A DNA stretch of 52,534 nucleotides. Source: a virus (taxonomy: Duplodnaviria > Caudoviricetes). How positions within the stretch are numbered: the first letter of the stretch is position 1; the number at the start of each line of letters is the position of its first letter. The position numbers and the translations under genes were made by a program. Under the pieces are notes generated by a model that saw only the letters and a list, made by a program, of their open reading frames with translations, searched no databases and was not told where the DNA came from. Location of the stretch: positions 1 through 52,534 of IMG/VR virus record IMGVR_UViG_3300025411_000647; one strand, 5' to 3'. Shown here piece by piece: positions 8,798-19,898 of this stretch.

Positions 8798-9792
8798 AAG
8801 ATATACGGGATGTCCATTTAGAAGTAACAACTAAGTGCCAAGCAAGGTGCCCTATGTGCCCACGACGTATCAATGGAGGAGTTTTGAATCCATTAATGTC
8901 ACTAGTTGAAATAGATTTAGAGACATTTAAACAATGGTTTAGTGAAGAGTTTATTCAACAACTTGATAGTTTGTTTATGTGCGGTAATTTAGGAGATCCT
9001 ATTATTGCACAGGATTCTTTGGAAATTATACGTTACCTGAAAACAGTTAATCCTAACATACGATTAAGTATGCACACTAATGGCAGTGCTAGGAGCACTC
9101 AATGGTGGGAAGCATTAGCCGTTACGGGTACTAGAGTTGTATTTGGTATTGATGGATTAGCAGATACACATTCATTATACAGAATCAATACAGACTGGAA
9201 TAAGATCATAGAAAATGCTGAGGCATTTATTAATGCCGGAGGATATGCAGAGTGGCACATGTTGGTGTTTAAACATAATGAACACCAAATTGAAGAATGT
9301 CGTAGCATGTCAGAACAATTAAAATTTAAAACATTTCAAATTAAACATACAACAAGATTTACCGACGTTAAATTTCCTGTGTTAGACGACACTGGTAAAA
9401 CTATCTATAACTTGTACCCGTCTACTAAGACAGAAGAAATGTTACCGCAAATATTAACTTATGCTAGAGATTTGCCAATGTCACAGATTGATGCCAATTG
9501 TACAATTAACTGTAAAGCAGTTAAATGGAAGCAAATTTATGTTGCGGCTTCGGGTAATGTAGGGCCTTGCTGTTGGATGGACTTTAAAGAAAAATTACAT
9601 AAACAAAATACACGTATTGACTATATGGATAAAATAGGAATGTTTCCTAATCTGTACGAACAATCTTTGGCAGACATTTTTAATTCTGGGTATTTTGATA
9701 AAATTTCAAATACTTGGGATAACGAACCTGTATTTGAATGTGCTAAACAATGTGGTAAGTTTGACAAGTCGGGATCGCAATATGAATGTTGA
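8785..9792 (+). CDS. radical SAM/SPASM-twitch protein
   Basis: CQARCPMC, GNLGDP, HTNG, GIDG, PCC. Confidence 0.9.
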   Translation: MYKLEDIRDVHLEVTTKCQARCPMCPRRINGGVLNPLMSLVEIDLETFKQWFSEEFIQQLDSLFMCGNLGDPIIAQDSLEIIRYLKTVNPNIRLSMHTNGSARSTQWWEALAVTGTRVVFGIDGLADTHSLYRINTDWNKIIENAEAFINAGGYAEWHMLVFKHNEHQIEECRSMSEQLKFKTFQIKHTTRFTDVKFPVLDDTGKTIYNLYPSTKTEEMLPQILTYARDLPMSQIDANCTINCKAVKWKQIYVAASGNVGPCCWMDFKEKLHKQNTRIDYMDKIGMFPNLYEQSLADIFNSGYFDKISNTWDNEPVFECAKQCGKFDKSGSQYEC

Positions 9793-10378
9793 TACAGAAC
9801 ACTTACACTATTGGATGCAGGCCATACGTCAAAGTCCAGATCCTATGCGGACTATGGACGCCTTTTGGTCTGGTCAACTTAAAAGCAAAGAGTGGCTAAT
9901 CGATTGTTTAGACGAACATGTGCATTTTGCTTCTAGTATCGATATACATGGCGGATGGGTAGGTGTGTTAGCCAGTATGTTATTTCAAAGTAATATACCT
10001 ATCACTACTATTCGTAGCATTGACATTGATCCGTCCTGCGAACCTATCTCCACTATGATGAATAAGGGAGAAGAAATAAAAGGACGCTTTAAAGCGGTCA
10101 CTTCCGATATGTGTGTTATCCGTAGTGATGCAGATATTGTTATTAACACTAGCTGTGAGCATATTACACAAGACCAATACGACTTATGGTTGAGTGGTAT
10201 GCCTTACGATACATTATTTGTTTTACAAAGTAATAACTATAATATTCCCGAGCATGTCCGTATCGCTAATAGCTTAGAAGAATTTAAAGAACAATGCGAT
10301 GTTAATGTATTATGGGCAGGCGAATTAGAATTGCCATTATATACTCGTTATATGATTATAGGAAAACAAAATGTTTAA
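9782..10378 (+). CDS. class I SAM-dependent methyltransferase-like protein
   Basis: GGWVG glycine loop, SIDID, INTSCEH; start reassigned to MNVDTEH. Confidence 0.7.
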   Translation: MNVDTEHLHYWMQAIRQSPDPMRTMDAFWSGQLKSKEWLIDCLDEHVHFASSIDIHGGWVGVLASMLFQSNIPITTIRSIDIDPSCEPISTMMNKGEEIKGRFKAVTSDMCVIRSDADIVINTSCEHITQDQYDLWLSGMPYDTLFVLQSNNYNIPEHVRIANSLEEFKEQCDVNVLWAGELELPLYTRYMIIGKQNV

Positions 10379-11456
10379 GTTTAATGAACTTAAGAGTGTT
10401 CATATAGAAATCAGCAACAGATGCCAAGCATCGTGTCCTATGTGTCCACGTAACATACACGGTGGAATCGAAAATCCATTATTACCTATTAATGAATGGT
10501 CCTTTGATGATTTTGTTAAAATATTTCCTAAAGATGTTTTATCGCAACTTAGGACAATTAATTTTTGTGGAAACTTTGGCGATCCATTAATGAATAATGA
10601 TCTTATCTACATGTGCAAGTATGTTAAAGATAATGCACCTGATATTGAAATACTACTAAACACTAACGGTAGTTTGCGTTCTACTGCTTGGTGGAAAAAA
10701 TTAGCTAGTGTATTACCTGAAAATCATAGAGTAGTATTTGCATTAGATGGACTAGAAGATACTCATAGCATTTATAGGGTAGGAACTAATTTTAATTTAA
10801 TTTTAAAAAATGCTAGAACATTTATCAATGCAGGTGGCATTGCTGAATGGGTGTTTATTAGGTTCAAACATAACGAGCATCAAGTTAATGATGCAGAAGT
10901 ATTATCTAATGAGTTAGGGTTTAAACGATTCAGTGTTAAGAATAGTAGAAGACACGCTCGCCCATTTCCAGTAGTTGATAATCAAGGTAAATTTTTATAC
11001 AACCTTGAACAACCATCGGATAGTGAAGTTAAATTTGTAAGCAAATCTTCTATTCAAGGACATCGGAATTGGCCTAATGCTGATAAAATAAATTGTATGG
11101 CTATTAATGACAAAGAGTTGTATATCGATGCACACTACCAATTAAGCCCTTGTTGCATGATTGGCGCATTTCTTTACACAAACTATGATGTCGAACTGTT
11201 AAAATCCTACAATTTGTTCCAGGAAGATTCGGTTGTTGAAGAAGGCGAATTAGTACGACAGCAAATATTAGGATTTCCAAGATTAAATGTTTTAGAAATG
11301 GGGTTAAAAACAATTATAGAAACGGATGCTTGGCAAACAATGTGGCAACAAAAATGGAAGGACAAGTCTAGTTCAACTTGCATAATAATGTGTGGACCGC
11401 ATAGTCCTTTTATAAAAATAGATGAACAAAAATTTAAGATAGCAGATAATGAATAA
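10371..11456 (+). CDS. radical SAM/SPASM-twitch protein (paralog of 8785..9792)
   Basis: CQASCPMC, GNFGDP, TNG, ALDG, PCC. Confidence 0.9.
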   Translation: MFKFNELKSVHIEISNRCQASCPMCPRNIHGGIENPLLPINEWSFDDFVKIFPKDVLSQLRTINFCGNFGDPLMNNDLIYMCKYVKDNAPDIEILLNTNGSLRSTAWWKKLASVLPENHRVVFALDGLEDTHSIYRVGTNFNLILKNARTFINAGGIAEWVFIRFKHNEHQVNDAEVLSNELGFKRFSVKNSRRHARPFPVVDNQGKFLYNLEQPSDSEVKFVSKSSIQGHRNWPNADKINCMAINDKELYIDAHYQLSPCCMIGAFLYTNYDVELLKSYNLFQEDSVVEEGELVRQQILGFPRLNVLEMGLKTIIETDAWQTMWQQKWKDKSSSTCIIMCGPHSPFIKIDEQKFKIADNE

Positions 11457-12867
11457 AGTATTTTGGTTACAACCGGAAGAAACACAATTAGGTAATTGGC
11501 AACAACAAATTACTGAAGTGTCGGGTAGTCCTAGTTTTTGTGTCTTACCATGGATACATTTAGCAACGCGACCAAATGGCGACATGCGTATATGTTGTGT
11601 TGCTAATGCATCAGGAGCTGATACCGGTGATTATACTGTTGGGTTAGTTAAAATGGAAGACGGCAAGCCTGCTAACTTTTCACATGACTTGCCCACCGAA
11701 GCATTCAACAATGACTATATGAAGTCAGTTCGTAAAACTATGTTAGCAGGTGAAGTGCCTGCTAGTTGTGTTAAATGTTATGAAGAAGAAGCAGAAGGCA
11801 TTGCTAGCAAGCGTATTTGGGAAACTGGTACATGGTACTTAAATGAAAAAATTGACATTAAAGAGTTAATTGCTGAAACAGAATTAGATGGATCTGTTCC
11901 TTATAAATTACAGTACTTAGATCTGCGTTTAGGACACACTTGTAATTTAAAGTGTATTATGTGTAGTCCACACGATAGTAGTATGTGGGTACCAGAACAT
12001 AAAAAAGTATTCCCTATTTTTACCAGTCCATTAATTAAAAAACAAATGAGTTGGGAATCGAGCGAATTTAATAATAACTGGCATGAAAATCCTGCATTCT
12101 GGGAAGAAGTATATGATCAAATTCCTAATATTAAACAATTGTACTTTGCTGGTGGAGAACCTTTATTAATTAAAGAACACAAGGTATTTTTATTAGAAAT
12201 TATTAAACGTGGTTATGCTAAACAAATTAGTTTACGTTACAATACTAACGGCATCTTAGTTAACGATGAAATTATTGATATATGGAGTCAGTTCCGCAAA
12301 GTCAAGGTAGGTGTTAGTTTAGATGGAATCGGCCCGCAAGGCGAGTATATACGTTATCCGTTAGACTGGCGAACTGTGGAAGACAACTTAATTAAGTTAG
12401 ATAACGCACCTGATAATATACAGACTAATATTGCCATGGCCGTACAAATTTTAAACATTATGCACGTTCCTGATTTTATAAAATGGAAAGTGGGTATGAA
12501 CTTTAAGAAGATTAATTTTGATAAAAATGCCGCAGGTCATGTTATGGGTGGTGGGTTAGTCGGCGTACATCTACTTTGGATCCCTACATGGCTGAGTCTT
12601 CGTGTATTACCTAAAAAAGACAAACTAGAAGTTAGAAGATTGTTTGGCGATTTACAGGAATGGTTATGGAAACACTATACTCAGGACAAAGAGTTCTGGG
12701 AAACTAACCCGTATGGCTGGAAACGTTGGGAAGGTATACTAGATTGGATGGACAAAGAAGATCATACAAACTTGCTACCAGATTTTAAAGATTACATTAT
12801 TACAATGGACAAACAGCGTAAGACTAATTTTTCTACTACTTTTCCTGAGCTGGCACATTTAATATGA
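11449..12867 (+). CDS. twitch-domain radical SAM protein
   Basis: N-terminal C.LPW...ICC...CVKC; CNLKCIMC; AGGEP. Confidence 0.9.
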   Translation: MNKVFWLQPEETQLGNWQQQITEVSGSPSFCVLPWIHLATRPNGDMRICCVANASGADTGDYTVGLVKMEDGKPANFSHDLPTEAFNNDYMKSVRKTMLAGEVPASCVKCYEEEAEGIASKRIWETGTWYLNEKIDIKELIAETELDGSVPYKLQYLDLRLGHTCNLKCIMCSPHDSSMWVPEHKKVFPIFTSPLIKKQMSWESSEFNNNWHENPAFWEEVYDQIPNIKQLYFAGGEPLLIKEHKVFLLEIIKRGYAKQISLRYNTNGILVNDEIIDIWSQFRKVKVGVSLDGIGPQGEYIRYPLDWRTVEDNLIKLDNAPDNIQTNIAMAVQILNIMHVPDFIKWKVGMNFKKINFDKNAAGHVMGGGLVGVHLLWIPTWLSLRVLPKKDKLEVRRLFGDLQEWLWKHYTQDKEFWETNPYGWKRWEGILDWMDKEDHTNLLPDFKDYIITMDKQRKTNFSTTFPELAHLI

Positions 12868-13940
12868 AACAAATAGTTTCAATTGTATCTACGCAACCTA
12901 AAGACCATCTTAACATAGGCTGGGCAACTAGCAACATTTGTAATTTTAAATGTAGGTATTGTTTTCCAGGATCAAACGAAGGAGATGCACCTAATCCTAA
13001 AAATGTCGATTTAATAGTTAACAACATCACACACTTGATCAATCATTACAGAACAACACTAGATAAGAAATTTTTTCACTTAACTGTACTAGGTGGAGAG
13101 CCTACAGTATGGAAGGACTTTGGTAACTTTTTAGAAAAAATTAAATTAGTAGATGGCGTGTATGTATCAATACTATCTAATGGTAGCAGAACCTTGCGTT
13201 GGTGGAGAGAATATGGTGGGTTGATTGACAACTTAACTTTGAGCCTGCACGTTAGTCAAGCAGATCTTGACCACTCTATTCAAGTTGCAGATATTGTCTA
13301 CGGTCTTGGTAAGAAAGTTACAGTACAAGTATTAATGGATACAGACTGTTGGGATCAGTGTGTAGAGGCTGTTGACTACTTGAAAAAAAATAGTCGGTAT
13401 CCTTGGATGATTGAAACTAAACCGGTTGTACATTCAACTGTTGAATATACACCTATACAAACAGAGTACCTAAAATCTAGTTTAAAGAGGTATCCAACTT
13501 TTACATGGTTGCTTAAAAATATCCGTTATTTGTTTAATGGGCATATAAGACTTTATAGAAGTATTGCCAAGTTTAACGACGGTACAAAATTAAAAGCTAA
13601 ACCCTCTACTTACATATTATCAGGCAATACAAAATTTAAAGGATGGAGTTGTGATATTGGTATAGAAAGTATTTTAATCGATCAATACGGTAATATAAAT
13701 GGATCTTGCGGACAAACATTATTCAATACTAACATATTGGATAATAATTTTATATCAAAATTTAACCCTCATTTAGGTGCTACTATATGTAATATGGATG
13801 CTTGTATTTGTTTACCCGCAACACATGCATCAAAGTTTGATTTTGGTCAAGGGAATATCAGCCGCACAAGTGCAGAAGTTCCTATCACATTCGATAGGAT
13901 TAGAAGGAACCAAAAAACTTCCGGTATAGATATTTCCTAA
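12864..13940 (+). CDS. radical SAM protein
   Basis: CNFKCRYC, GGEP, SNG; C-terminal Cys cluster. Confidence 0.9.
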   Translation: MKQIVSIVSTQPKDHLNIGWATSNICNFKCRYCFPGSNEGDAPNPKNVDLIVNNITHLINHYRTTLDKKFFHLTVLGGEPTVWKDFGNFLEKIKLVDGVYVSILSNGSRTLRWWREYGGLIDNLTLSLHVSQADLDHSIQVADIVYGLGKKVTVQVLMDTDCWDQCVEAVDYLKKNSRYPWMIETKPVVHSTVEYTPIQTEYLKSSLKRYPTFTWLLKNIRYLFNGHIRLYRSIAKFNDGTKLKAKPSTYILSGNTKFKGWSCDIGIESILIDQYGNINGSCGQTLFNTNILDNNFISKFNPHLGATICNMDACICLPATHASKFDFGQGNISRTSAEVPITFDRIRRNQKTSGIDIS

Positions 13941-14729
13941 ACTACCTCCTACCCGGCAAGTAGCACGATGCACATCGCCGTCCCAATTGATCATTAGGCT
14001 TTCTATACCAGAATTACAACTCCATCCTTTAAATTGATTTTGATGGTTCTTGATCATATCATTAGCATGGTACATCACGGTGTCTACTTTATCTAACCAA
14101 ACTACTGTATTTGCTCCTACTGTAGATTCCATAGCTTTAATAAATTCTAAGTCTGTAGTATTATAACGCATGTCATCGAATAAATCATGATCGCCTTTAG
14201 TCCAGCGTATACGACGGACAGTATTAGGAATATTTCCTAATTGGCATTTAGCTCGTAGTTGCATAGCGGCAGGCATATAATCGTGATGGGCCATAATTTG
14301 TGCTATAACTTTAACCGTCTCTAGTTTATGGATGCTTTCGACGGTATTGAATACACGTTTCCAATCATACTCTAAATGTATACTAAACACATATTGGTCT
14401 ACAGGAAGACCAATATAAAATTCATATGGGCGAGTCCCATTAGTTGTTACACTAATCCAACTTATACCAACATGCTTACAATATTTTACTAACTCGTCAA
14501 ATTTAGGATGTACGCAAGGCTCACCTCCTGTAAAACTTAAACGCACAGGTTTGCCTAATAGCACTAATTGATCAACACAAGATTTTAAAATTTCTATATC
14601 TGTATGTGTGCTAGTATTGTCATGTATTTCACTAGGGCAATAACTACAGTCATAGTTACAACGCTTGCCAAGATTCCATTCAATCTTGATTGTATTCTGA
14701 TGGGGGTATCGACTGGTTACTTTAATCAT
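13830..14729 (-). CDS. radical SAM protein
   Basis: CNYDCSYC, TGGEP, TTNG; C-terminal C..CTC. Confidence 0.9.
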   Translation of the reverse strand: MIKVTSRYPHQNTIKIEWNLGKRCNYDCSYCPSEIHDNTSTHTDIEILKSCVDQLVLLGKPVRLSFTGGEPCVHPKFDELVKYCKHVGISWISVTTNGTRPYEFYIGLPVDQYVFSIHLEYDWKRVFNTVESIHKLETVKVIAQIMAHHDYMPAAMQLRAKCQLGNIPNTVRRIRWTKGDHDLFDDMRYNTTDLEFIKAMESTVGANTVVWLDKVDTVMYHANDMIKNHQNQFKGWSCNSGIESLMINWDGDVHRATCRVGGSLGNIYTGSFLVPSNPIECDRNFCTCAADIPLTKIKL

Positions 14730-15553
14730 AATCTGTTCGGCGGTTGTCGATAAGGCTTTTCAAAGTCTCCAAATATTTTCAGTTGCCATTGTTTTGTTAA
14801 TTCTCTAGCACTATCACTCAACGTGTTATTAGGCCATACCCAATCTAAAAATTTTAATGCTTCCTCGGGGGTAGGGTGTAAGTCGTTATCAGGTACCACT
14901 CTTGATTCAATACGACCATCATTAAACCATTTATAAGTAGCATCTACATTAGTAAATACATCTTGATATAATTCGATCACATCGCGATCATCGAAAAATT
15001 CAGCAATAGCACCGCCTTGATAAACTTCTTGGCTTGTTTTCTTCCACAGTTGTAGTAGAGATTCTTTATCTTCAGATTTCTTAAAAGGTTCTCTTAACTC
15101 TTCGCTATTAAAAAACTCATACCAAGTAAAGTTTGCCCAATCGCATTTTTTGTTTTTTAGTATAGTTTGAATGGCTTTCATGTACGCTAAATCTCTTATT
15201 AAGAAGCCTCTAGTATCTGTACCATATTTTTTTACCCAATCTTTACCGTATATGCGTTCTTGTCCAGAAGATGAAGCAATTAACCATTCGTTGTTAGAAT
15301 ATCTATCTTCTCGTTCCTTTGGACTCCAAAATATAATAACTAAATCATTTTTGTCAAAGTTATATCTAGTATCGGCTTCTATAACACTATTAAAAATATA
15401 ATGGTTGCCTGCACCTGGCTGACCCCAGTTCTCGTAATACTCGATGTCATGGCCGATGATATCTGCCCATGTCAGCCATTTGTAATTAGTAAAACTACAT
15501 CCAAAGGCAAAGAAGCGTTTATATTTTGCAGGATCAAGATTTTTTAGTTTCAT
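14726..15553 (-). CDS. SGNH/GDSL-hydrolase-like protein
   Basis: FGCSFT, N.G.PGAGN and C-terminal D.HP blocks. Confidence 0.65.
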   Translation of the reverse strand: MKLKNLDPAKYKRFFAFGCSFTNYKWLTWADIIGHDIEYYENWGQPGAGNHYIFNSVIEADTRYNFDKNDLVIIFWSPKEREDRYSNNEWLIASSSGQERIYGKDWVKKYGTDTRGFLIRDLAYMKAIQTILKNKKCDWANFTWYEFFNSEELREPFKKSEDKESLLQLWKKTSQEVYQGGAIAEFFDDRDVIELYQDVFTNVDATYKWFNDGRIESRVVPDNDLHPTPEEALKFLDWVWPNNTLSDSARELTKQWQLKIFGDFEKPYRQPPNRL

Positions 15554-16818
15554 ACATAATTCCTAAACTCTGGAGTTACATCTGTAAAACTTTGTTTGCG
15601 GGTGACATCCAACCTACGATTAAATTCTACACAATCTTGCCACTTATCGCTTTGATCTCTAGCTTCTAAGTAATTGATATTGTCTTGTATCTGCCCAAGT
15701 GTATATTCTAATAGTTGAGGGTATTGCTTAACCATAGCAAAGTCTTTAACTCGTAAGCTAACTGATTGTAATCTCTTAATTGCCAAGGCACGCAGTTCAA
15801 ATGGTAACACTTGTGCAGATAATACTTTAGGGTATTCAACACGATGAGTATGGAATACAATTCCAAGGTCATTTAAAAAGTATTCAATTATCTTGTCTAA
15901 AATTAAGACATTACTAACCTGTACAGTAACGGCACCTACAATACGACTAATGTTTGAGATAGTCTGTATCTGTTTGACATTGTTAATCAACTCTGCCCAG
16001 CTAGCATTACCACGGATATATTCGTAACTAGCACCCATACCATCTATACTTACATTAACAGCAACACTTTTAAATTTAGGCCAATACTCCCAAACTGTTC
16101 TATTGCTCTTGCCCAGCATACTTAGATTAGTAGCATACTTGATTTCAATCTGATGCCCATATGGTGCAAGCATATCTAAAATGCGATAGTGCTGAGGATC
16201 CATTAATGGTTCACCGCCTGCAAATTCTACACGTCGGAAATAAGGTAAGTTTTTTTCTAAACTAGCCCACCATTCTGGATTATCCTGGAATTTGTCAAGG
16301 AATGGTTTATTTTCTAAATTATGATCTTCTACAATAGCATACATGATGTTATTTTCTTTCTTGTAGAAATCTTTAATTTCTCCCCAATCATTCCAACTGG
16401 TACTATCCATAGGATGGCACATGCGACATTTAAGGTTACATAAATTATTAAGTTTGAGTTCCATGGTAGGAATTTCAAAAGGCATTGTAAAATCGCTATT
16501 CATAGATTCTACAGCACGTGGATACAGTTTAATTCTAGCCTCGGGTATTTTCCCAGCAACATGACGTTGTCTAAGGCTTTCTACTCCTTGATCTTCTAGA
16601 CTAAAACAAGGTTCACACTCAGGTGGCTTGTAGCCATTTAGTACTTGGTAACGAATACGTTTCATATTGTCACTGTTCCAGATTTCTTCAAGTGTGTTAT
16701 TTTCTATGTTTCCAATAGGATGACTTCGACAGCATACACAAATAGCACCGTCTTCTCTTGTAGCCAATCCTGTAAAAGGATGCATACAGAATGTAGGAGG
16801 ATTAACGTTCAGAGACAT
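15550..16818 (-). CDS. twitch-domain radical SAM protein
   Basis: N-terminal CMHPF...VCC...CEPC; CNLKCRMC; AGGEP. Confidence 0.9.
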   Translation of the reverse strand: MSLNVNPPTFCMHPFTGLATREDGAICVCCRSHPIGNIENNTLEEIWNSDNMKRIRYQVLNGYKPPECEPCFSLEDQGVESLRQRHVAGKIPEARIKLYPRAVESMNSDFTMPFEIPTMELKLNNLCNLKCRMCHPMDSTSWNDWGEIKDFYKKENNIMYAIVEDHNLENKPFLDKFQDNPEWWASLEKNLPYFRRVEFAGGEPLMDPQHYRILDMLAPYGHQIEIKYATNLSMLGKSNRTVWEYWPKFKSVAVNVSIDGMGASYEYIRGNASWAELINNVKQIQTISNISRIVGAVTVQVSNVLILDKIIEYFLNDLGIVFHTHRVEYPKVLSAQVLPFELRALAIKRLQSVSLRVKDFAMVKQYPQLLEYTLGQIQDNINYLEARDQSDKWQDCVEFNRRLDVTRKQSFTDVTPEFRNYV

Positions 16819-17653
16819 ATCTTATTAATGGACTTAGTCCTACAGGTTGGTTGTTTTGTAATGCAAGATATATACTTTTAGTTGGAGTTAGGTCAAAGTC
16901 TTTGCATATTTTATAATAGGTATCACTATAAGTATTCCACAAATAGTCCGGAGGTAAATTTCGTATAAAATATAGTCCTATCATAGCCGGTGCTCGTAAG
17001 TTCATATTAAAATCATTCATAATAGTAATAGCATCGGCGTTTGTATTCTTAGTCCATCGTAGTCCTATACGGTTCCACCCTAGCCCTAGACCTTTACTTA
17101 AACTTATAGCGACAGACTCAATTGATGGATGAGATACATCAAAGTCAATTCCGCAACAGCAAGTAAGCCAAGCGCCGTCCACATGTACACTAATACCTTT
17201 GTCTCTCGCTTCATCTAATATCTCCTTCATACTTACATGCACATCCCCCGTGCTAGGAAATGGCATGGCAATAATTAATGGTAAATCTTTACGTAGGTAT
17301 CCAGGTACACTAAAAACAATGTTCGGGTTTAATCTATTATGGTATCTATAGTCACCCTTTAGTGTTTGCACAGGTCCTTTCATGTAGATAGTATCTATAT
17401 ACTGTGTACAACCATTAGTTATATCTACGCGACTAAAATTATCAAATCCAGTTAATTTATTAAGTTTGCTTTGAAATAACCAATTGGTCATTTCTTTCTT
17501 GAAATTAGTATAAACACTATCCGTAATATCCTTATCTATTTTGCCACTCATTACATCTTGTATCATAGATTCAATTTGATTATCTACTAATGGCTGAGGA
17601 CGCTCTACTTCTAGATATTTTGGATCATAGTTCGGTGCTATTTTAATCTTCAT
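16802..17653 (-). CDS. PLP-dependent aminotransferase-fold protein
   Basis: VDGAW (D-x-A) and SLSKG...RIG PLP-lysine motif. Confidence 0.7.
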   Translation of the reverse strand: MKIKIAPNYDPKYLEVERPQPLVDNQIESMIQDVMSGKIDKDITDSVYTNFKKEMTNWLFQSKLNKLTGFDNFSRVDITNGCTQYIDTIYMKGPVQTLKGDYRYHNRLNPNIVFSVPGYLRKDLPLIIAMPFPSTGDVHVSMKEILDEARDKGISVHVDGAWLTCCCGIDFDVSHPSIESVAISLSKGLGLGWNRIGLRWTKNTNADAITIMNDFNMNLRAPAMIGLYFIRNLPPDYLWNTYSDTYYKICKDFDLTPTKSIYLALQNNQPVGLSPLIRYVSER

Positions 17654-17691
17654 CTTTTATTTACGCAATAATAGTAGCACATAAATATTTC

Positions 17692-18357
17692 ATGCTAACT
17701 CCTACCAATTATACAATAGATCCAAAATTATTACAAGAGGCTTGTCAATCATTGCCCAAAGGTGGCATGAAAACGACTATTAATCAGCCAACTGGCGATT
17801 TCTTTTACGACTCTTGGTTTTTGAAAGATGAATACAAAGGAACTGTTTGGGAAACTTTATATAACAGTTTGCCTGTTACTAAAGGCGAAGCAAGGATAAT
17901 CATTTTGGATCCAGGACAAGCATATCAATGTCACGCTGATATTGACGACAGATACCATTTGAATCTTCTCAGTGATGAAAGTTTCTTAATTGATCTAATG
18001 CGCGAACAAATGTACAAGCTAAATCAAGATGGTATATGGTATGACATGGATGCAGGTTTCTTACATACTGCCGCAAATTTTGGTAAACGTGCTAGAGTAC
18101 AGTTAGTTGTTAGAAAATTACTAAAGAAGAACAAGTTAACTAATCCAATTAGTATAGCGTTAACTACAACTATGACAAATGTAGATCACGCTAGATATTT
18201 GTTTGACAACACAGTTAGTATCTGGCTTAACGAAGCAAATAAGTTAGGCTACATTGATAATTTTGCCTATTCCTCTCCTTTTGTGAAACTTGATATAGAA
18301 CAGGATAAGTTAGATTCGTTGAAACATATTTTGCCGGACGAGTTTAAGATCCTATGA
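17692..18357 (+). CDS. Asp/Asn beta-hydroxylase-like 2OG/cupin protein
   Basis: HAD...HTA.N...R facial-triad pattern. Confidence 0.7.
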   Translation: MLTPTNYTIDPKLLQEACQSLPKGGMKTTINQPTGDFFYDSWFLKDEYKGTVWETLYNSLPVTKGEARIIILDPGQAYQCHADIDDRYHLNLLSDESFLIDLMREQMYKLNQDGIWYDMDAGFLHTAANFGKRARVQLVVRKLLKKNKLTNPISIALTTTMTNVDHARYLFDNTVSIWLNEANKLGYIDNFAYSSPFVKLDIEQDKLDSLKHILPDEFKIL

Positions 18358-19898
18358 ATCACGCATTGTTTTTTAGCCTAACAGGTAAACGATGGGAACG
18401 AATACTATGGGTACATCGTGTGGCTACATTTTTACGTATGAATGATTGGGATGCCGAAGTGGTAGACTTTACAGCCTTTTGGCAATTAGAAGAACTACAA
18501 GAGTTTGTACGTTCACGCACAACCAACAAGACAGTTTTGTTTTGTTTTGGTACAGCATTTTTAAATCCCTGGAGTCCGTACTTAAACGAATTTATTGATT
18601 GGCTAAAAGAAGAATATCCAAACATACCAGTTGTAGTCGGAGGTAACAACGCATTAACTACACCTGCTAATAGTGTGGACTATTGGGTTGATAGCTATGG
18701 TGAAAACGCTGTGTTAGCATTGTGCCAACATCTTATTGGAACACTAGGCGCACCACTTATGACTGACCCTGCTTTCTTTGGCAGTAAGAAAGTTATTAGA
18801 GGCCTGCATCATTATCCGAGTGCTCCATTAGACAATTACCTAGTAGACTACGAAGCACGTGACTTTATGATGCCTTGGGAATGTCCGCAAATTGAAACAG
18901 CACGTGGTTGTATGTTTAGTTGCAGTTATTGTAACTTTCCAATCATTGGACAAGCTAAGGATGTTAGCGTAAGCAAAGAAGAATTTAAGAAGCAACTACA
19001 TTTAGGTTATGAAAAGTGGGGCATTAAGAATTGGCGTGTGATGGACGAAACATTTAATGACCGTCCTGAGAAATTACAAAAATATGCTGACGCAGTTGAC
19101 GAGCTAGGATACAACCCTTGGATATGCGGATTTGCTCGCGGTGACTTAGTTGTTAAACATCGAGAACATTGGGACACTTATATTAGGCTAGGTTTCCTTG
19201 GTCATAGCATGGGCATTGAAACATTTAATAAAGAAGCAGGCCGACTAGTACGAAAAGGTATGGATCCAGATAAGCTACAGCAAGGATTGTTAGACTTTCA
19301 AGCATATACCGATATTCATGCTCCTAAGCGTTATAGAGCTAACATACAAATGATATGTGGCATACCGGGCGAAACTGTAAAATCCTGGCACCAGTCATTA
19401 GAATGGTTAAACACCTATTGGACTAGACAAAGTGCCAGCGCACACATTTTAGAAGTACCAGACTATGATGAATCACTTACAAATCAAAGTCGCTTTACTA
19501 AAGAACTAGTGAGCAATGGACTAATTAAATTGGAAGCAAGGCAAAATCCAGGATATGAAGTATCCAAAGATAGTAATGGTAATGTTGTGTTTAAATCTAC
19601 TACACCTCGAGGCGGCGGCGTAGGTAGTACTAGAAATGATATTGTTATTTGGAAACATACCGATATGGATTGGCATCAGGCTGAAACATTGGTTAAGGAG
19701 TTTTATTCAGATAACGGGTTCAAAGGGCTAAGAGGATGTAACCCATTTTTAACTGATAGATTATTTGCATACTATAACACAAATTCATATGAAGAAGTAT
19801 ACGATTATAAATTAACTGACATAGATACATATGATCAAAAATTTAAAGATAATGTACAAACATATATTGATAAAAAATTAGATTGGAATAAAAAATGA
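18354..19898 (+). CDS. cobalamin-dependent (class B) radical SAM protein
   Basis: B12-binding-like N-terminus (VVGG, GE); ETARGCMFSCSYC; DETF; GIET; GIPGET. Confidence 0.85.
   Translation: MNHALFFSLTGKRWERILWVHRVATFLRMNDWDAEVVDFTAFWQLEELQEFVRSRTTNKTVLFCFGTAFLNPWSPYLNEFIDWLKEEYPNIPVVVGGNNALTTPANSVDYWVDSYGENAVLALCQHLIGTLGAPLMTDPAFFGSKKVIRGLHHYPSAPLDNYLVDYEARDFMMPWECPQIETARGCMFSCSYCNFPIIGQAKDVSVSKEEFKKQLHLGYEKWGIKNWRVMDETFNDRPEKLQKYADAVDELGYNPWICGFARGDLVVKHREHWDTYIRLGFLGHSMGIETFNKEAGRLVRKGMDPDKLQQGLLDFQAYTDIHAPKRYRANIQMICGIPGETVKSWHQSLEWLNTYWTRQSASAHILEVPDYDESLTNQSRFTKELVSNGLIKLEARQNPGYEVSKDSNGNVVFKSTTPRGGGVGSTRNDIVIWKHTDMDWHQAETLVKEFYSDNGFKGLRGCNPFLTDRLFAYYNTNSYEEVYDYKLTDIDTYDQKFKDNVQTYIDKKLDWNKK

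Noticed and set aside
13830-13940. 111-nt convergent overlap of two radical SAM genes
   Set aside because: The plus-strand tail lies beyond the last conserved Cys motif and looks like a neutral stop-codon extension.
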